The notes under the pieces: generated by a model
Told to the model about the DNA's origin: nothing
The model's database searches: none
What the model saw: only the letters and a program-made list of their open reading frames with translations
Part shown: positions 27,600 through 38,132 of the stretch, in pieces
Layout of the letters: every line of letters begins with the position of its first letter
Position numbering within the stretch: the stretch's first letter is position 1
DNA from: an uncultured Nitrospirales bacterium
GTDB taxonomy: Bacteria > UBA10199 > JADGCS01
Length of the DNA: 64,000 nucleotides
NCBI GenBank assembly: GCA_964526915.1
Contig: CAZGMS010000072.1
Coordinates: 7,341 to 71,340 of the forward strand
Direction: 5' to 3'
Position numbers and translations under genes: made by a program

Positions 27600-28727
27600 C
27601 TATACAAAGAAACCGGAAACTCCATTGATCACCTGATCTATAAGGGGATCCAAACCTGCCCATAAAGGAAGTCTTAAAATGCGTTCACTTGTATGTTCTG
27701 TGTTCATCATTGTTCCAAAACACCTGGCATATTTAGACCCATAAGGAGAGCTGTGTAATGGCACATAATGTGATACGGCATTGATACCCATTTCTTTGAG
27801 ATGTGACATGATATCTGATCTTGTTCTAGAATCTTCGAGCAACAAATAATACATATGAGCGTTGTGTACACATCTGGCAGAAATCATTGGCCGTCTCAAA
27901 ACACCTTTCTGTTCTAAAACCAAAAAGGCGTCATGATATCGTTGCCAAAGACACATTCGATTATCAGTTATTTTCTTTGCCTCATCAAGCTGTGCATAAA
28001 GAAATGCCGCCACCATTTCACCTGGTAAAAAGGAAGACCCCAAATCCTGCCATGAATATTTATCAACCTCACCTCTTAAGAACTGCTTTCGATTCGTTCC
28101 CTTCTGCCAAATAATTTCCGCTCTCCGCACAAAACGTTCATCATTCATTAACAATGCACCGCCCTCACCGGAAGAAATATTTTTTGTGTCGTGAAAACTG
28201 AGACATCCCATCTGTCCAATCGTTCCAAGATATTGGTTGTTATATTGAGACATGATAGCCTGTGCGGCATCTTCGATAACCAACAGATGATGTCTTTTCG
28301 CTATGGATGTGATGGTTTCCATTTCACAACCAACGCCCGCATAGTGGACGGGAACGATGGCTTTTGTTTTTGGGGTGATCGCATCCTCTATGATCTTTTC
28401 ATCGATGTTCAAGGTGTCTGACCTGATATCAACAAAGACAGGGACTCCACCACGCAGAACAAATGCATTGGCTGTAGAAACAAATGTGAATGAGGGCATG
28501 ATGATCTCATCACCTTGCTGAATATCGGCTAATAAAGCGGCCATTTCCAACGCGCCCGTGCATGAATGCGTCAGCAGAACCTTTTGACATCCAAGTTTTT
28601 TTTCCAACCATTCATGACATTTTTTTGTGAAGAGACCATCACCAGACAAACGCCGATCCTCTAACACCTTTTGAATATACTTGATTTCATGACCTGTAAT
28701 GAATGGCTTATTGAATGGTATTTTCAT
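27600..28727 (-). CDS. wecE: dTDP-4-keto-6-deoxyhexose 4-aminotransferase (WecE/RffA-type)
   Basis: Long collinear matches to E. coli WecE as I recall it: MKIPFNKPF, SCTGALEMAALLADIQQGDEIIMPSFTFVSTANAFVLRGGVPVFVDIR, SFHDTKNISSGEGGALL. Confidence 0.85.
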   Translation of the reverse strand: MKIPFNKPFITGHEIKYIQKVLEDRRLSGDGLFTKKCHEWLEKKLGCQKVLLTHSCTGALEMAALLADIQQGDEIIMPSFTFVSTANAFVLRGGVPVFVDIRSDTLNIDEKIIEDAITPKTKAIVPVHYAGVGCEMETITSIAKRHHLLVIEDAAQAIMSQYNNQYLGTIGQMGCLSFHDTKNISSGEGGALLMNDERFVRRAEIIWQKGTNRKQFLRGEVDKYSWQDLGSSFLPGEMVAAFLYAQLDEAKKITDNRMCLWQRYHDAFLVLEQKGVLRRPMISARCVHNAHMYYLLLEDSRTRSDIMSHLKEMGINAVSHYVPLHSSPYGSKYARCFGTMMNTEHTSERILRLPLWAGLDPLIDQVINGVSGFFV

Positions 28728-29505
28728 CATTGATTTTTTCGGCCACACAGACCAGGGAACCTCCAAAGGGGAATGACAAACCGTAAGCGATCATCAACAT
28801 TTCAACATCACAAACCCGTTCGAAGATCCAATTGATCCATCGTGCAATTTTGAATTCAGAAAGAATGTCCTGAGTTGAATTCGATTTTAAACTCTTTTTC
28901 AACCAGATTCTAGAAACAAACATGAACGGCAACAAGAGGGCCATGAAAGACGAAACCCAAACCATTCTGAACCCGCTTTTTTTTAGTTTGATGGTAAGTT
29001 CTTCACAAGTGTACCTTCGTTTATGGCAAGCAACCTCATCCTGAGAACTCCACAACCAAGCATGTTGCGGCACAGTCAGAATAAGCCCCCCACCCTTTTT
29101 CAGACCCTGATGAAATTGATTCAAGACACACTCATCTTCCAGAACATGTTCCAGAACATCAAACGCCCCAATAACATCATATTCTTCCCTATACGGCATT
29201 TGCCGCGCGTCCATTTGGAACAGTGACGCATTTTTGAGTCTCTTCTTTGCAAAGCTCAAACCCTCAGAAAACAAATCGCTCCCTGAAATCTGAGTCTCTG
29301 GAAATGACTTTTCGATGGCCGACAAAACAAAGCCAGTTCCACAACCCACCTCAAGAAAAGATTTCATCTGTGGGAAAAATTTTTTAAGAGCCCACAAAAT
29401 CAGGCGGTTTCTTGAACAGAACCAGAAGTTCCGAGATTCTAGTTTCTGGATTTGCCAAAAATAGTCACTATCAAAACCTTGTGAAAGATTAACTGCGCCT
29501 ATCAT
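28708..29505 (-). CDS. Class I SAM-dependent methyltransferase
   Basis: 265 aa. Motif I FLEVGCGTGFVLSAI and post-II IGAFDVLEHV. Confidence 0.8.
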   Translation of the reverse strand: MIGAVNLSQGFDSDYFWQIQKLESRNFWFCSRNRLILWALKKFFPQMKSFLEVGCGTGFVLSAIEKSFPETQISGSDLFSEGLSFAKKRLKNASLFQMDARQMPYREEYDVIGAFDVLEHVLEDECVLNQFHQGLKKGGGLILTVPQHAWLWSSQDEVACHKRRYTCEELTIKLKKSGFRMVWVSSFMALLLPFMFVSRIWLKKSLKSNSTQDILSEFKIARWINWIFERVCDVEMLMIAYGLSFPFGGSLVCVAEKINDENTIQ

Positions 29506-29523
29506 AAAAAATGTCGAAACGAA

Positions 29524-30321
29524 TTATTGCTTTTCGAAAACAAACAATTTCTGAGTACCATAATCACCCACAGAGGGCATTTGTGCAAACCAGCGATTGA
29601 TTTCCATATTGGGATTGGCAACAAGTTGCTCCAGTTCTGCGCATTTCGCCAATATTGGTTTGATCACTCTAGTACCAACAAAATAAGTGCTGGAAAAATT
29701 TTCTATTTTTTTCAATTTCAAACACGCGGGCAAATGCTTCAGTAGCTCGTTTTCATCAAGATACGTGTTAAAAGCAGGCATTGAAATGGCCTCTAACCCC
29801 CATTCAGCACGGAAACAGTTCAATTTATTCCACCCCTGCTTTGTGGCTTCAGATAGCAAAAGCAAACCTCCGGGCATCAACACCCTTGCGCATTCCTCAA
29901 GTGCTTTCACCTGTTTATTAAGTTCAAGCAGATTAATTAATACCCTAACAACAAAAACCTGATCATATGAGTTATCACATTCTTTTAATTGCGTAATGTC
30001 ACCAACATTAAAAGAAAGTCTTTCTTGTAAACCAGGGTTAAGGGTAGCAACTCTTTTGTTGGCTTCTTCAATCATTTTTGGAATATAATCAATGCCCTTT
30101 ATTACTACCTTTTTTTTCATGGCCACAGAAACTGCTGTGTATCCATTTGCACAGCCTGCATCCAATATCTTGGCACCATCCTTTGTATATTTTAGAAGTT
30201 CCCTGATCTCAATTTCAATAGCCTCCCGATCAGACCATGACACCGATGGCTCTTGGCCATACATATGGGCCTGTTGATTCCAATAATCATAAACCTGTTC
30301 TGCATTAAACTTTTCTTTCAT
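29524..30321 (-). CDS. Class I SAM-dependent methyltransferase
   Basis: 265 aa. Motif I ILDAGCANGYTAVSVA followed by VFVVRVLINL. Confidence 0.75.
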   Translation of the reverse strand: MKEKFNAEQVYDYWNQQAHMYGQEPSVSWSDREAIEIEIRELLKYTKDGAKILDAGCANGYTAVSVAMKKKVVIKGIDYIPKMIEEANKRVATLNPGLQERLSFNVGDITQLKECDNSYDQVFVVRVLINLLELNKQVKALEECARVLMPGGLLLLSEATKQGWNKLNCFRAEWGLEAISMPAFNTYLDENELLKHLPACLKLKKIENFSSTYFVGTRVIKPILAKCAELEQLVANPNMEINRWFAQMPSVGDYGTQKLFVFEKQ

Positions 30322-31256
30322 GAATCACCTCTTTGAATTATTCTCATATCTCCCCTGACAACATAAGATGGTTTGCCCATTGTCTTAAAATGAACACGGG
30401 CCAAATACTCACCTATGATACCTAAGGAAAATAATTGCGCCCCAGAAAAAATGGCGATAATTGAAGCTAAGAATGTAAAACCATGCACAGAACTCCCTCG
30501 AATCAAATAGCTAATCAAAATATAACTCAAAATACAGATGCCAAATATTGTAAAAACAAATCCTATCAGACTCGCAATTTGCAACGGAACAACACTATAA
30601 CCAGTTGCCATATTTAACGAGTACGTTACCAACTTCAAAAAAGTGTATTGTGATTTCCCAAATGCCCTTTTTGAATGTTGCACATTCACACTAGAAAATC
30701 TGTTCGTCCCCCACGTTAACAATACATCAATTGACACAAATGGACTGTAATAATTGATAAATGCTTCTAGAATTTCCCTTCTGAAGGCACGAAATGCACT
30801 CACTTTTCTCGCCACATCGTATCCCATCACACTCTGTAAAGTTATGCGAGTAATCTGAGAAGCCAATTTTCTCCATATGTTCTGACTGACTTTTTGGGAC
30901 GTCCCATACACCACATCATAATTTTTGTTCAACGCATGCAATAAACACGGTATCTCTTCAGGTGGGTGTTGCAAATCATCATCCATGGTCACTATAATTT
31001 CATATTGGGCCTGTCTGATACCACAAAGTACAGCGTTGTGCTGACCATAATTTCTTCTCAATTGGATTGCCTTGACCTTGGGATCAAACAGAGCAATCTC
31101 AGAAATGATTTTCCACGAATCATCCGTTCCACAATCTTCAACCAAAATGATTTCATAGTTATCGGCCATCGAAGCCAATTGACAACTCAAACGTTCATAT
31201 AGTGCCCGAATACTCCCCGCACAATTGTATGCCGGTATCACAACTGAAATGCTCAT
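30318..31256 (-). CDS. GT2 polyprenyl-phosphate glycosyltransferase (ArnC/GtrB/DPM1-like)
   Basis: ISVVIPAYNCAGSI, ILVEDCGTDDS and IVTMDDDLQHPPEEI, plus two C-terminal TM helices (VVPLQIASLIGFVFTIFGICIL; FLASIIAIFSGAQLFSLGIIGEYL). Start taken at Met 31256. Confidence 0.8.
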   Translation of the reverse strand: MSISVVIPAYNCAGSIRALYERLSCQLASMADNYEIILVEDCGTDDSWKIISEIALFDPKVKAIQLRRNYGQHNAVLCGIRQAQYEIIVTMDDDLQHPPEEIPCLLHALNKNYDVVYGTSQKVSQNIWRKLASQITRITLQSVMGYDVARKVSAFRAFRREILEAFINYYSPFVSIDVLLTWGTNRFSSVNVQHSKRAFGKSQYTFLKLVTYSLNMATGYSVVPLQIASLIGFVFTIFGICILSYILISYLIRGSSVHGFTFLASIIAIFSGAQLFSLGIIGEYLARVHFKTMGKPSYVVRGDMRIIQRGDS

Positions 31257-31266
31257 GTGATGATCT

Positions 31267-32340
31267 TTACCCTCTATTGTACTGCTTGTCATAAAACTCC
31301 AAATATTTTAGATTTCGAACATCATCAGTCCATTTTTTGTGTTCGTGGTACCAACGAACTAATGCGGAAATTTCATTCTCAAAGAGTCGCCTTGGCTTCC
31401 AAAACAACTCTTTTCGAAGCTTTGAGCTGTCCAGAGCATACCGTCTATCATGCCCTGGACGATCAGCGACGTACCGCATGAGTTTTTGTGATGTGCCCAG
31501 AGCTCTTCCCATCAATCGGTCCACGACATCACAAATCGTTGTCACGATATGAATATTACTCCTCTCTGTCTCTCCGGAAATCGCATATGTTTCACCTATC
31601 TTTCCTTGTTCTAAAATGGCCTGCAAAGCCTCACAGTGATCGAGGACATGAATCCAATCACGTACGTAAAGTCCGTCACCATAAACAGGCAGTTCTTTGT
31701 CTTCAAAAGCATTTAAGATCATCAATGGAATCAGTTTCTCTGGAAATTGCCAAGGGCCATAATTGTTCGAACAATTACTGATTATCACTGGCAAGCCATA
31801 GGTCCTGTGCCAAGCCCGCGCCAGATGGTCAGAAGCAGCCTTTGATGCAGAATATGGGCTATTGGGTTTGTAAGGTGAATTTTCGTTAAACGGTGGTGAT
31901 GTAAGATCCAGAGCACCAAAGACTTCATCTGTCGAAACATGCAAAAACAACTTGTCGTCAGAATCTACCCAGAGCTTTTGTGCAGATTCGAGCAACGTGA
32001 ACGTACCCTCAATATTTGTTTTTATGAACGGAGTCGCACCAAGAATGGAGCGATCAACGTGACTTTCGGCCGCAAAATGAACGATCGTGTCAATTTCGTA
32101 TTTAGATAAGATATCGCGAATGTTTGCACCATCACAAATATCGATTTTTTCAAAAAAGTACCTTTTGTCAGCAAATTCTGCATGGACATCTTTCAAATTT
32201 TCAAGATTCCCTGCGTACGTCAGATTGTCAACATTGACAACAAGACCCCGAAAATCCGCCTTCTTGAGAAGAGAACGAATAAAATTGGAGCCGATGAACC
32301 CCGCGCCTCCAGTCACCATGATGTTTTTTAGTTTTCTCAT
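31267..32340 (-). CDS. rmlB: dTDP-glucose 4,6-dehydratase
   Basis: 357 aa. [23 protein letters not shown] and [11 protein letters not shown]. Confidence 0.95.
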   Translation of the reverse strand: MRKLKNIMVTGGAGFIGSNFIRSLLKKADFRGLVVNVDNLTYAGNLENLKDVHAEFADKRYFFEKIDICDGANIRDILSKYEIDTIVHFAAESHVDRSILGATPFIKTNIEGTFTLLESAQKLWVDSDDKLFLHVSTDEVFGALDLTSPPFNENSPYKPNSPYSASKAASDHLARAWHRTYGLPVIISNCSNNYGPWQFPEKLIPLMILNAFEDKELPVYGDGLYVRDWIHVLDHCEALQAILEQGKIGETYAISGETERSNIHIVTTICDVVDRLMGRALGTSQKLMRYVADRPGHDRRYALDSSKLRKELFWKPRRLFENEISALVRWYHEHKKWTDDVRNLKYLEFYDKQYNRG

Positions 32341-33206
32341 GTATTTTCCAAAACCCTCAATAGATATTCACCGTAACCAGATTTTAACAATGGCTGCGCA
32401 AGTTGCCTGAGTTGCTTGGCAGAAATGAATCCCATTCTGTAGGCGATTTCTTCTATGCAGGCAATTTTCAGACCCTGTCGATCTTCAATAGTTTTTATAA
32501 ACATCGCTGCATCGGCCAAAGAAGCATGAGTGCCCGTATCTAACCAGGCAAAACCTCGCCCCAACATGCGCACATTCAGTTTGCCTTGGGCCAAATAGGC
32601 AGTATTGACGTCTGTGATTTCCAGTTCCCCCCGAGGAGAAGGCTTGATTGTTTTTGCAATTTTAGCGGCCACATTGTCATAAAAATACAATCCCACAACG
32701 GCATAATTTGATTTGGGTTGCTCCGGCTTTTCCTGCAAAGAAATGGCTTTCATATTTTTGTCAAATTCAACTACTCCATAGTTCTGAGGATTGTTGACAT
32801 AATAGCCAAATATTGTTGCGCCGTTCACGTTCACTGAAACATTTTTCAGCAATCCCTGAAGCCCATCGCTGTAAAATATGTTATCTCCCAAAATCAGGCA
32901 AACAGAATCACCTGCAATAAAATTTTCACCCAAAATAAGAGCCTCCGCCAAACCACGCGGCTGTTCTTGAACTTTGTAGTTAAAAGAAAGTCCCAATTTA
33001 CTGCCGTCACCAAAAAGCATCTTAAATCGGGGAAGATCTTCTGGTGTGCTGATGATGAGAATTTCACGAATGCCAGCAAGCATAAGTGTGGAAAGAGGGT
33101 AATAGATGAGCGGTTTGTCGTACACCGGTAACAGCTGTTTACACGCTACTTGCGTTATTGGATACAACCTGGTTCCAGAGCCACCTGCTAAGATAATGCC
33201 TTTCAT
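32337..33206 (-). CDS. rmlA: Glucose-1-phosphate thymidylyltransferase
   Basis: 289 aa. [18 protein letters not shown] and LGDNIFY. ATGA overlaps on both sides. Confidence 0.95.
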   Translation of the reverse strand: MKGIILAGGSGTRLYPITQVACKQLLPVYDKPLIYYPLSTLMLAGIREILIISTPEDLPRFKMLFGDGSKLGLSFNYKVQEQPRGLAEALILGENFIAGDSVCLILGDNIFYSDGLQGLLKNVSVNVNGATIFGYYVNNPQNYGVVEFDKNMKAISLQEKPEQPKSNYAVVGLYFYDNVAAKIAKTIKPSPRGELEITDVNTAYLAQGKLNVRMLGRGFAWLDTGTHASLADAAMFIKTIEDRQGLKIACIEEIAYRMGFISAKQLRQLAQPLLKSGYGEYLLRVLENT

Positions 33207-34816
33207 AAATTTTCTCCTCTATATGAAACCTCATACTCAAGCACATCACGAAACTGATATTGTAAAACTTGATTCTTAATTTTTTTTCCAAATTCAGGAC
33301 AATACCAGTTCTGAAGGAACTTCGGAGCACACAGAGAACGGATACAAACCCTCACGCCCTTATAAAAAATATTCACCTCGCTGTCAGCAATAGTAATCTG
33401 AGCCTCGGGCACAGCATGTAGGTATGAGGCGCAACAATATTGGTTAGCTGAAATAACAGCATCTCTAATGACAAGCGCATTTTCATTCATAAGGATCCTT
33501 CTTGTTACCAATGGTTTTCCCAAAAGGTAACAGTACCCCGTATGCGCCGCCTCAATCATAACCGAAGAATTTTCTTCTACAATAGAAGTTTCCAAAGGAT
33601 AACCTCTTCGCCCCACCCTGTGGGCCGCCCATATCTCTGCTTGTTCCTGGTCATCAACAGTCACCGTGTTATGAGCAGAAGTTGATCGGCAATACTGCCG
33701 CATGGCTGATGGTAAATATTCATAGTTGCCACTGTCAACGATCACAGGGACACCATCAATCCACAAACAAAAAGAAAGCATATCACAATGGGCATGACCA
33801 GGCTGATGATCAGGACCAATTTTTCCCACATCTTGAATCAGCGTAAACCTACCTTTTTTGACGACAACATAACCCGAATCCTTTAGCCACGTCACTTCAC
33901 CATCTTCCTCCGGGCAATGCCACCCCAATAGATCCTGTCCATATTCAAACAGGTCATCCGCCTGAGGGGCACCCTCATACCCTGCATCCCCAAACAGAGC
34001 GAATTTTCCATCAACACTCATGTGCCACAACCAATTCAAACCCTTATGTGCCACATCAATCAACTTGCCATAAACGTTTTGCGAAAGGGGACGGTTGCGG
34101 GTCAAATTGAGGATATCAAGAATGCGTTCCAGCAAAATGGCATGATACATTGGCGACAATTCATAATGCCCGCCATCAGCCAAAAACTGTGCATCGATTT
34201 CTTTGACCAACTGATCATAAATAATTTGTTGTTGTGATGTTTTGCAACAGACGTGGCTCACCAAATACAAAGCGAAAAGATTTTCCAATAAGTGATTGCC
34301 CAAAAGATGGTACTCTCGTCGTGCATAAAGAACGGATGCCTGCTGTGCCAGCGACAACCGTATCTTGGCAGAGTCTGAGAGTCGCCCTTGAGCCAACAAC
34401 TTGATCCATGTGACCATACGGAGTGAGATGGGATAAGCCTCCCAGCCATTACCCTTAAATGGAGAGTTGTCATCAATCCATTTGTTTACCCAATCGTCAA
34501 CGGGACAATCGTCCTCCAGTAACCAATCCTGATAGTGCAAACGATAACTCCAGAGCTTGTCATTTTTTACAAAATCCCAATCACGACCCACCAAAGTATT
34601 TTGTTTGTTGTTGAAAAGAAATGCTCCACTGCCAAGATAATGTTTGCGATTAGCCACTGGGAAAGACAACTCCGGTTTTAGAGAACACGATGAAATAATA
34701 AATATCTTCTTTGGACATAATGGCATCACAGCATAATATAGCCTGTAAAATATTTGAGATGCTTTCAAATGTTTCAGTGTTCTAAAATATCTGCTCATGT
34801 AACCAAAACAATTCAT
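33203..34816 (-). CDS. Heparinase II/III-family protein (biosynthetic-locus type)
   Basis: 537 aa. [14 protein letters not shown] and [27 protein letters not shown] resemble heparinase II/III-like C-terminal motifs. Confidence 0.65.
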   Translation of the reverse strand: MNCFGYMSRYFRTLKHLKASQIFYRLYYAVMPLCPKKIFIISSCSLKPELSFPVANRKHYLGSGAFLFNNKQNTLVGRDWDFVKNDKLWSYRLHYQDWLLEDDCPVDDWVNKWIDDNSPFKGNGWEAYPISLRMVTWIKLLAQGRLSDSAKIRLSLAQQASVLYARREYHLLGNHLLENLFALYLVSHVCCKTSQQQIIYDQLVKEIDAQFLADGGHYELSPMYHAILLERILDILNLTRNRPLSQNVYGKLIDVAHKGLNWLWHMSVDGKFALFGDAGYEGAPQADDLFEYGQDLLGWHCPEEDGEVTWLKDSGYVVVKKGRFTLIQDVGKIGPDHQPGHAHCDMLSFCLWIDGVPVIVDSGNYEYLPSAMRQYCRSTSAHNTVTVDDQEQAEIWAAHRVGRRGYPLETSIVEENSSVMIEAAHTGYCYLLGKPLVTRRILMNENALVIRDAVISANQYCCASYLHAVPEAQITIADSEVNIFYKGVRVCIRSLCAPKFLQNWYCPEFGKKIKNQVLQYQFRDVLEYEVSYRGENL

Positions 34817-36966
34817 TGTGTTATTAGTAAAGTTTCTCTGGTTTTGATGGCTTCACTTACCAAAAAAGTCGCCTCTGTTGTGACAAAGATTTCATCAAGA
34901 GGGATAGGGTGTTGGTGCTTGTTGATCACAGCAGAGAAAAAAGCCAAAAACTCCTCCTGAAACCCCTTGCTTTGTTTGCCTTTCAGTTTTTTTCGGCCCA
35001 ATTTCCCAAAACATTCTGTACTCACAAAATCCTTCATTAAACACACAGACTCATCCACAAATATCTCGCCCTGTTCTTTGGGATGGTCACGAGATCCAAA
35101 CGATGTGTAAATAAAATTAGCCAGAGAACCATCTGAATACTCAATATTGATCGAAACATTGTCGGCGGCCTGTCGCTCTGCATTATCACCACCAACAGAG
35201 CAAGCTTGCACTGTCCGCGGCATAGCAGACAAAATATAACTGACAAAATCAATAAAATGACAAACTTCACCAATGATACGCCCTCCCCCCTTAATGGGAT
35301 CATGAACCCAGGAGTCATAAGGAATGTGCCCCGCATTGATGCGATAATTTACCACCGCGGGCGATGTTTTTTTCGCCAAATAGTCTCTCAAAAGCTTGGC
35401 ATGTGGCGAAAAACGCCTGTTAAACCCTACAGTCAATATTCCAGAGTGAATTTGAACAGCTTGTTTGATGGCTTCCAATTCGTCCCTGTTCAACGCAAGG
35501 GGTTTTTCTACAAAAACATTTTTTCCCGCCTCTAGAGCCTTTACAACCAATCCGGCATGAGAATCATGACGGGTCGCAATCACAACGGTATTGATTCGTG
35601 GGTCAGCAAAAAGTTCGGCAGAATCCGTCGTGACGTACTCAAATCCTGTTTTTTTTGCGACTGCCGTGATATCAATTCCTGTTGTGGCACAAAGACATCT
35701 GAGTGAAATGTGATTTTGTTTTTGCAAAGCAGGCAACAACACAGCTTTTGCAAAATTGCCCATGCCAATCATACCCACGACACAATCGGTTACCTGATGG
35801 TTCTGTCCACAAATCACTTTGCGTTCTGGGACTCTCGTCGTTCCGTCAGATTTGCCATAACCAATCACAATACCCAAATACTCACTTTTTTCCCTGCCCA
35901 ACAACAAATCGTAGGCCTTGAGTCCTTCGGCAATATCATACTCATGTGTGATCATCTTGGAAGGAGTCACATGGCCATCGGCAATCAAATCCAAAAAGAA
36001 CTCAATGTTTCGTTGTTCAGTCCAACGCACATAGCCATAAGGATAATCATGCCCCTTTTCTTCATAATTGGTATCATAGCGTCCGGGCCCGTAAGACATG
36101 CTCAGTTTGAAATCCAGTTCCTTTTTGTAAAACACATCCCTGGGTATGTTCATTCCAACCATGCCCGTCACCACCACTTTGCCCTTATGACGCGCAATCT
36201 GGCCTGCCAGCTCAACAGGCTCATTGGAATTCGTTGCCGCTGTGATGAGAACGCCATCAACACCATTTCCCTTTGAAAAAGCATCGCATGTGGCCACAAG
36301 ATTGTCCTTAACCACAGAATCAGCCCCAAGCTCTTGCGCCAATGAACAGCGTCGTGCATCAGGGTCAAAACCCACCACTTTGGCACCACTGGCTTTCAAA
36401 ATTTGTACAGCAAAAAGCCCAAGCAAACCCAATCCCATCACACAAACAGTTTCACCTACCCTCACATCACATTGCCTGACACCCTGCAGGGCAATCGCAC
36501 CCACCGTTGCACAGGACGCATCCCTAAAAGAAACCTTGTCGGGAATTTTGACCAGCAGATTTTTTGGTACATAATTGAACTCCGCATGGTTCGCATAACC
36601 TGCCCCTGCGCAGGCCACACGATCACCATTCACCAACCCCTTGACCCCTTGTCCAACCTCCACCACCACACCAGCACACGAATAGCCCAAAGGAATAGGC
36701 TGATCGAGTTTGGCCTGTACCTTTTCCCAGGTTTCAAACAATCCCTCAGTCTTAATTTTTTGAATCACTTTTTTGACCTGATCAGGCATGGCACAGGCCT
36801 TGCCCAATAAATTTTTCTGGGCAAACGACACCAACATTTTTTCGGTACCTGATGAAATAAACGAATGATGTGTTTCAACCACAACGCCTTCCGGTTTGAG
36901 TATGGGTACAGGCACGTCCGCCAACCAGATTTCTCCTGTTTTGAATGACTGAATAATTTGTTTCAT
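34813..36966 (-). CDS. Bi-domain oxidoreductase: N-terminal MDR zinc-type alcohol dehydrogenase fused to C-terminal Gfo/Idh/MocA
   Basis: N-terminal half has GYSCAGVVVEVG and VMGLGLLGLFAVQIL. C-terminal half has VGMIGMGNFAKAVLLPAL, VVIATRHDSHAGL and VFVEKPLAL. Start taken at Met 36966 (MKQIIQSF). Confidence 0.8.
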   Translation of the reverse strand: MKQIIQSFKTGEIWLADVPVPILKPEGVVVETHHSFISSGTEKMLVSFAQKNLLGKACAMPDQVKKVIQKIKTEGLFETWEKVQAKLDQPIPLGYSCAGVVVEVGQGVKGLVNGDRVACAGAGYANHAEFNYVPKNLLVKIPDKVSFRDASCATVGAIALQGVRQCDVRVGETVCVMGLGLLGLFAVQILKASGAKVVGFDPDARRCSLAQELGADSVVKDNLVATCDAFSKGNGVDGVLITAATNSNEPVELAGQIARHKGKVVVTGMVGMNIPRDVFYKKELDFKLSMSYGPGRYDTNYEEKGHDYPYGYVRWTEQRNIEFFLDLIADGHVTPSKMITHEYDIAEGLKAYDLLLGREKSEYLGIVIGYGKSDGTTRVPERKVICGQNHQVTDCVVGMIGMGNFAKAVLLPALQKQNHISLRCLCATTGIDITAVAKKTGFEYVTTDSAELFADPRINTVVIATRHDSHAGLVVKALEAGKNVFVEKPLALNRDELEAIKQAVQIHSGILTVGFNRRFSPHAKLLRDYLAKKTSPAVVNYRINAGHIPYDSWVHDPIKGGGRIIGEVCHFIDFVSYILSAMPRTVQACSVGGDNAERQAADNVSINIEYSDGSLANFIYTSFGSRDHPKEQGEIFVDESVCLMKDFVSTECFGKLGRKKLKGKQSKGFQEEFLAFFSAVINKHQHPIPLDEIFVTTEATFLVSEAIKTRETLLITQ

Positions 36967-36968
36967 AG

Positions 36969-38132
36969 TCACGATTTCCTTGTCATTACAGGTTGTACAA
37001 ACGACAAACAATCCACCCACCCCTGAACATAAGTGTGAATGTTGTATCTGTTATTAATGATATCCTGAGCATGGCTTTTCAGACGTTGTTTGTACGGCTG
37101 ATCCTCACACATTTTTTTCAAATAACCACACAGGCGTTCTTCATTCAGGTCTTCGTCAAGAACGCCATTATTTTTATTGATCAGATCAACCTCACACCCA
37201 TCTCCCGCCGTTGCAATGACCGGTACCCCATGTAGCAATGCGTCAGATATGGCCAATCCTCCCAATCCAGGCAAAACCATTACATCGGCCTTGAAAAAAT
37301 ATTGTGAAACCCCATCCCTCTGTTCTCCAACAAATTGAATATTCCTGATGTTCCATTCACGCGCCAAAGAGCGTAACCTGGCATCGTCCTCTCCCTTGCC
37401 AACAATCAACAAGCACACTTCTTGAGACACAAATTTTTCCAGTTCCGCAAAGGCCTTCAACAAAACATCCACTTTTTTCTCTTTCGTAAGAACCCCAACA
37501 TACAACACCACAAAATCAAACCGAGAATGAATGTCTCTGTAAAGAAGGGAACGGTCAAAACAAGCCATATCCTTGAGTCGTTGCTCGGTATCCACAACAT
37601 TCAACGCCACAAAGATTTTATGGGAATCAATACCAAGGCGTTCATAATACGCTTTGCCCACAGAACTGTAAGTCAAACAGGCCTCTGAACGACGCTCTAA
37701 AAAGTGAATGATCGGATCCATGACTCTACGATGCCATGATTTTTTGCGCTTGCTGATTTCACCCAGACTCCACTGAACAACTTTGCGTCTGAACAGCCAA
37801 GCATAAAATTGGGCTTGCATGCCATTGAGAAAATTGGAGGCCCCCTTTACAACAACCACATCGGGTGAGAACCTGAGAAGTTCAATAAACACAAACGGAC
37901 TGAATGACGAGTAACCTTTTCCATTTGATGTGCTGATCCGAATGGGTATTGAAAACATTTCTTTTGATGCAAAGCTATGCGATTTTTTTGAATTAACAAG
38001 CTTAGTGCCTTTCACATCACAGCCATGAAATACTTTGATGTGCAAACTTTCAACCTGACTCAAGCGTTCGTAAACTGAGACCCGGTAATCTTGAATGACA
38101 CGAGGCAATATGGCAACACGCATTTTTGTCAT
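36969..38132 (-). CDS. Glycosyltransferase family 4 (GT-B)
   Basis: 387 aa. C-terminal VLPGLGGLAISDALLHGVPVIAT donor-binding motif. Confidence 0.75.
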   Translation of the reverse strand: MTKMRVAILPRVIQDYRVSVYERLSQVESLHIKVFHGCDVKGTKLVNSKKSHSFASKEMFSIPIRISTSNGKGYSSFSPFVFIELLRFSPDVVVVKGASNFLNGMQAQFYAWLFRRKVVQWSLGEISKRKKSWHRRVMDPIIHFLERRSEACLTYSSVGKAYYERLGIDSHKIFVALNVVDTEQRLKDMACFDRSLLYRDIHSRFDFVVLYVGVLTKEKKVDVLLKAFAELEKFVSQEVCLLIVGKGEDDARLRSLAREWNIRNIQFVGEQRDGVSQYFFKADVMVLPGLGGLAISDALLHGVPVIATAGDGCEVDLINKNNGVLDEDLNEERLCGYLKKMCEDQPYKQRLKSHAQDIINNRYNIHTYVQGWVDCLSFVQPVMTRKS

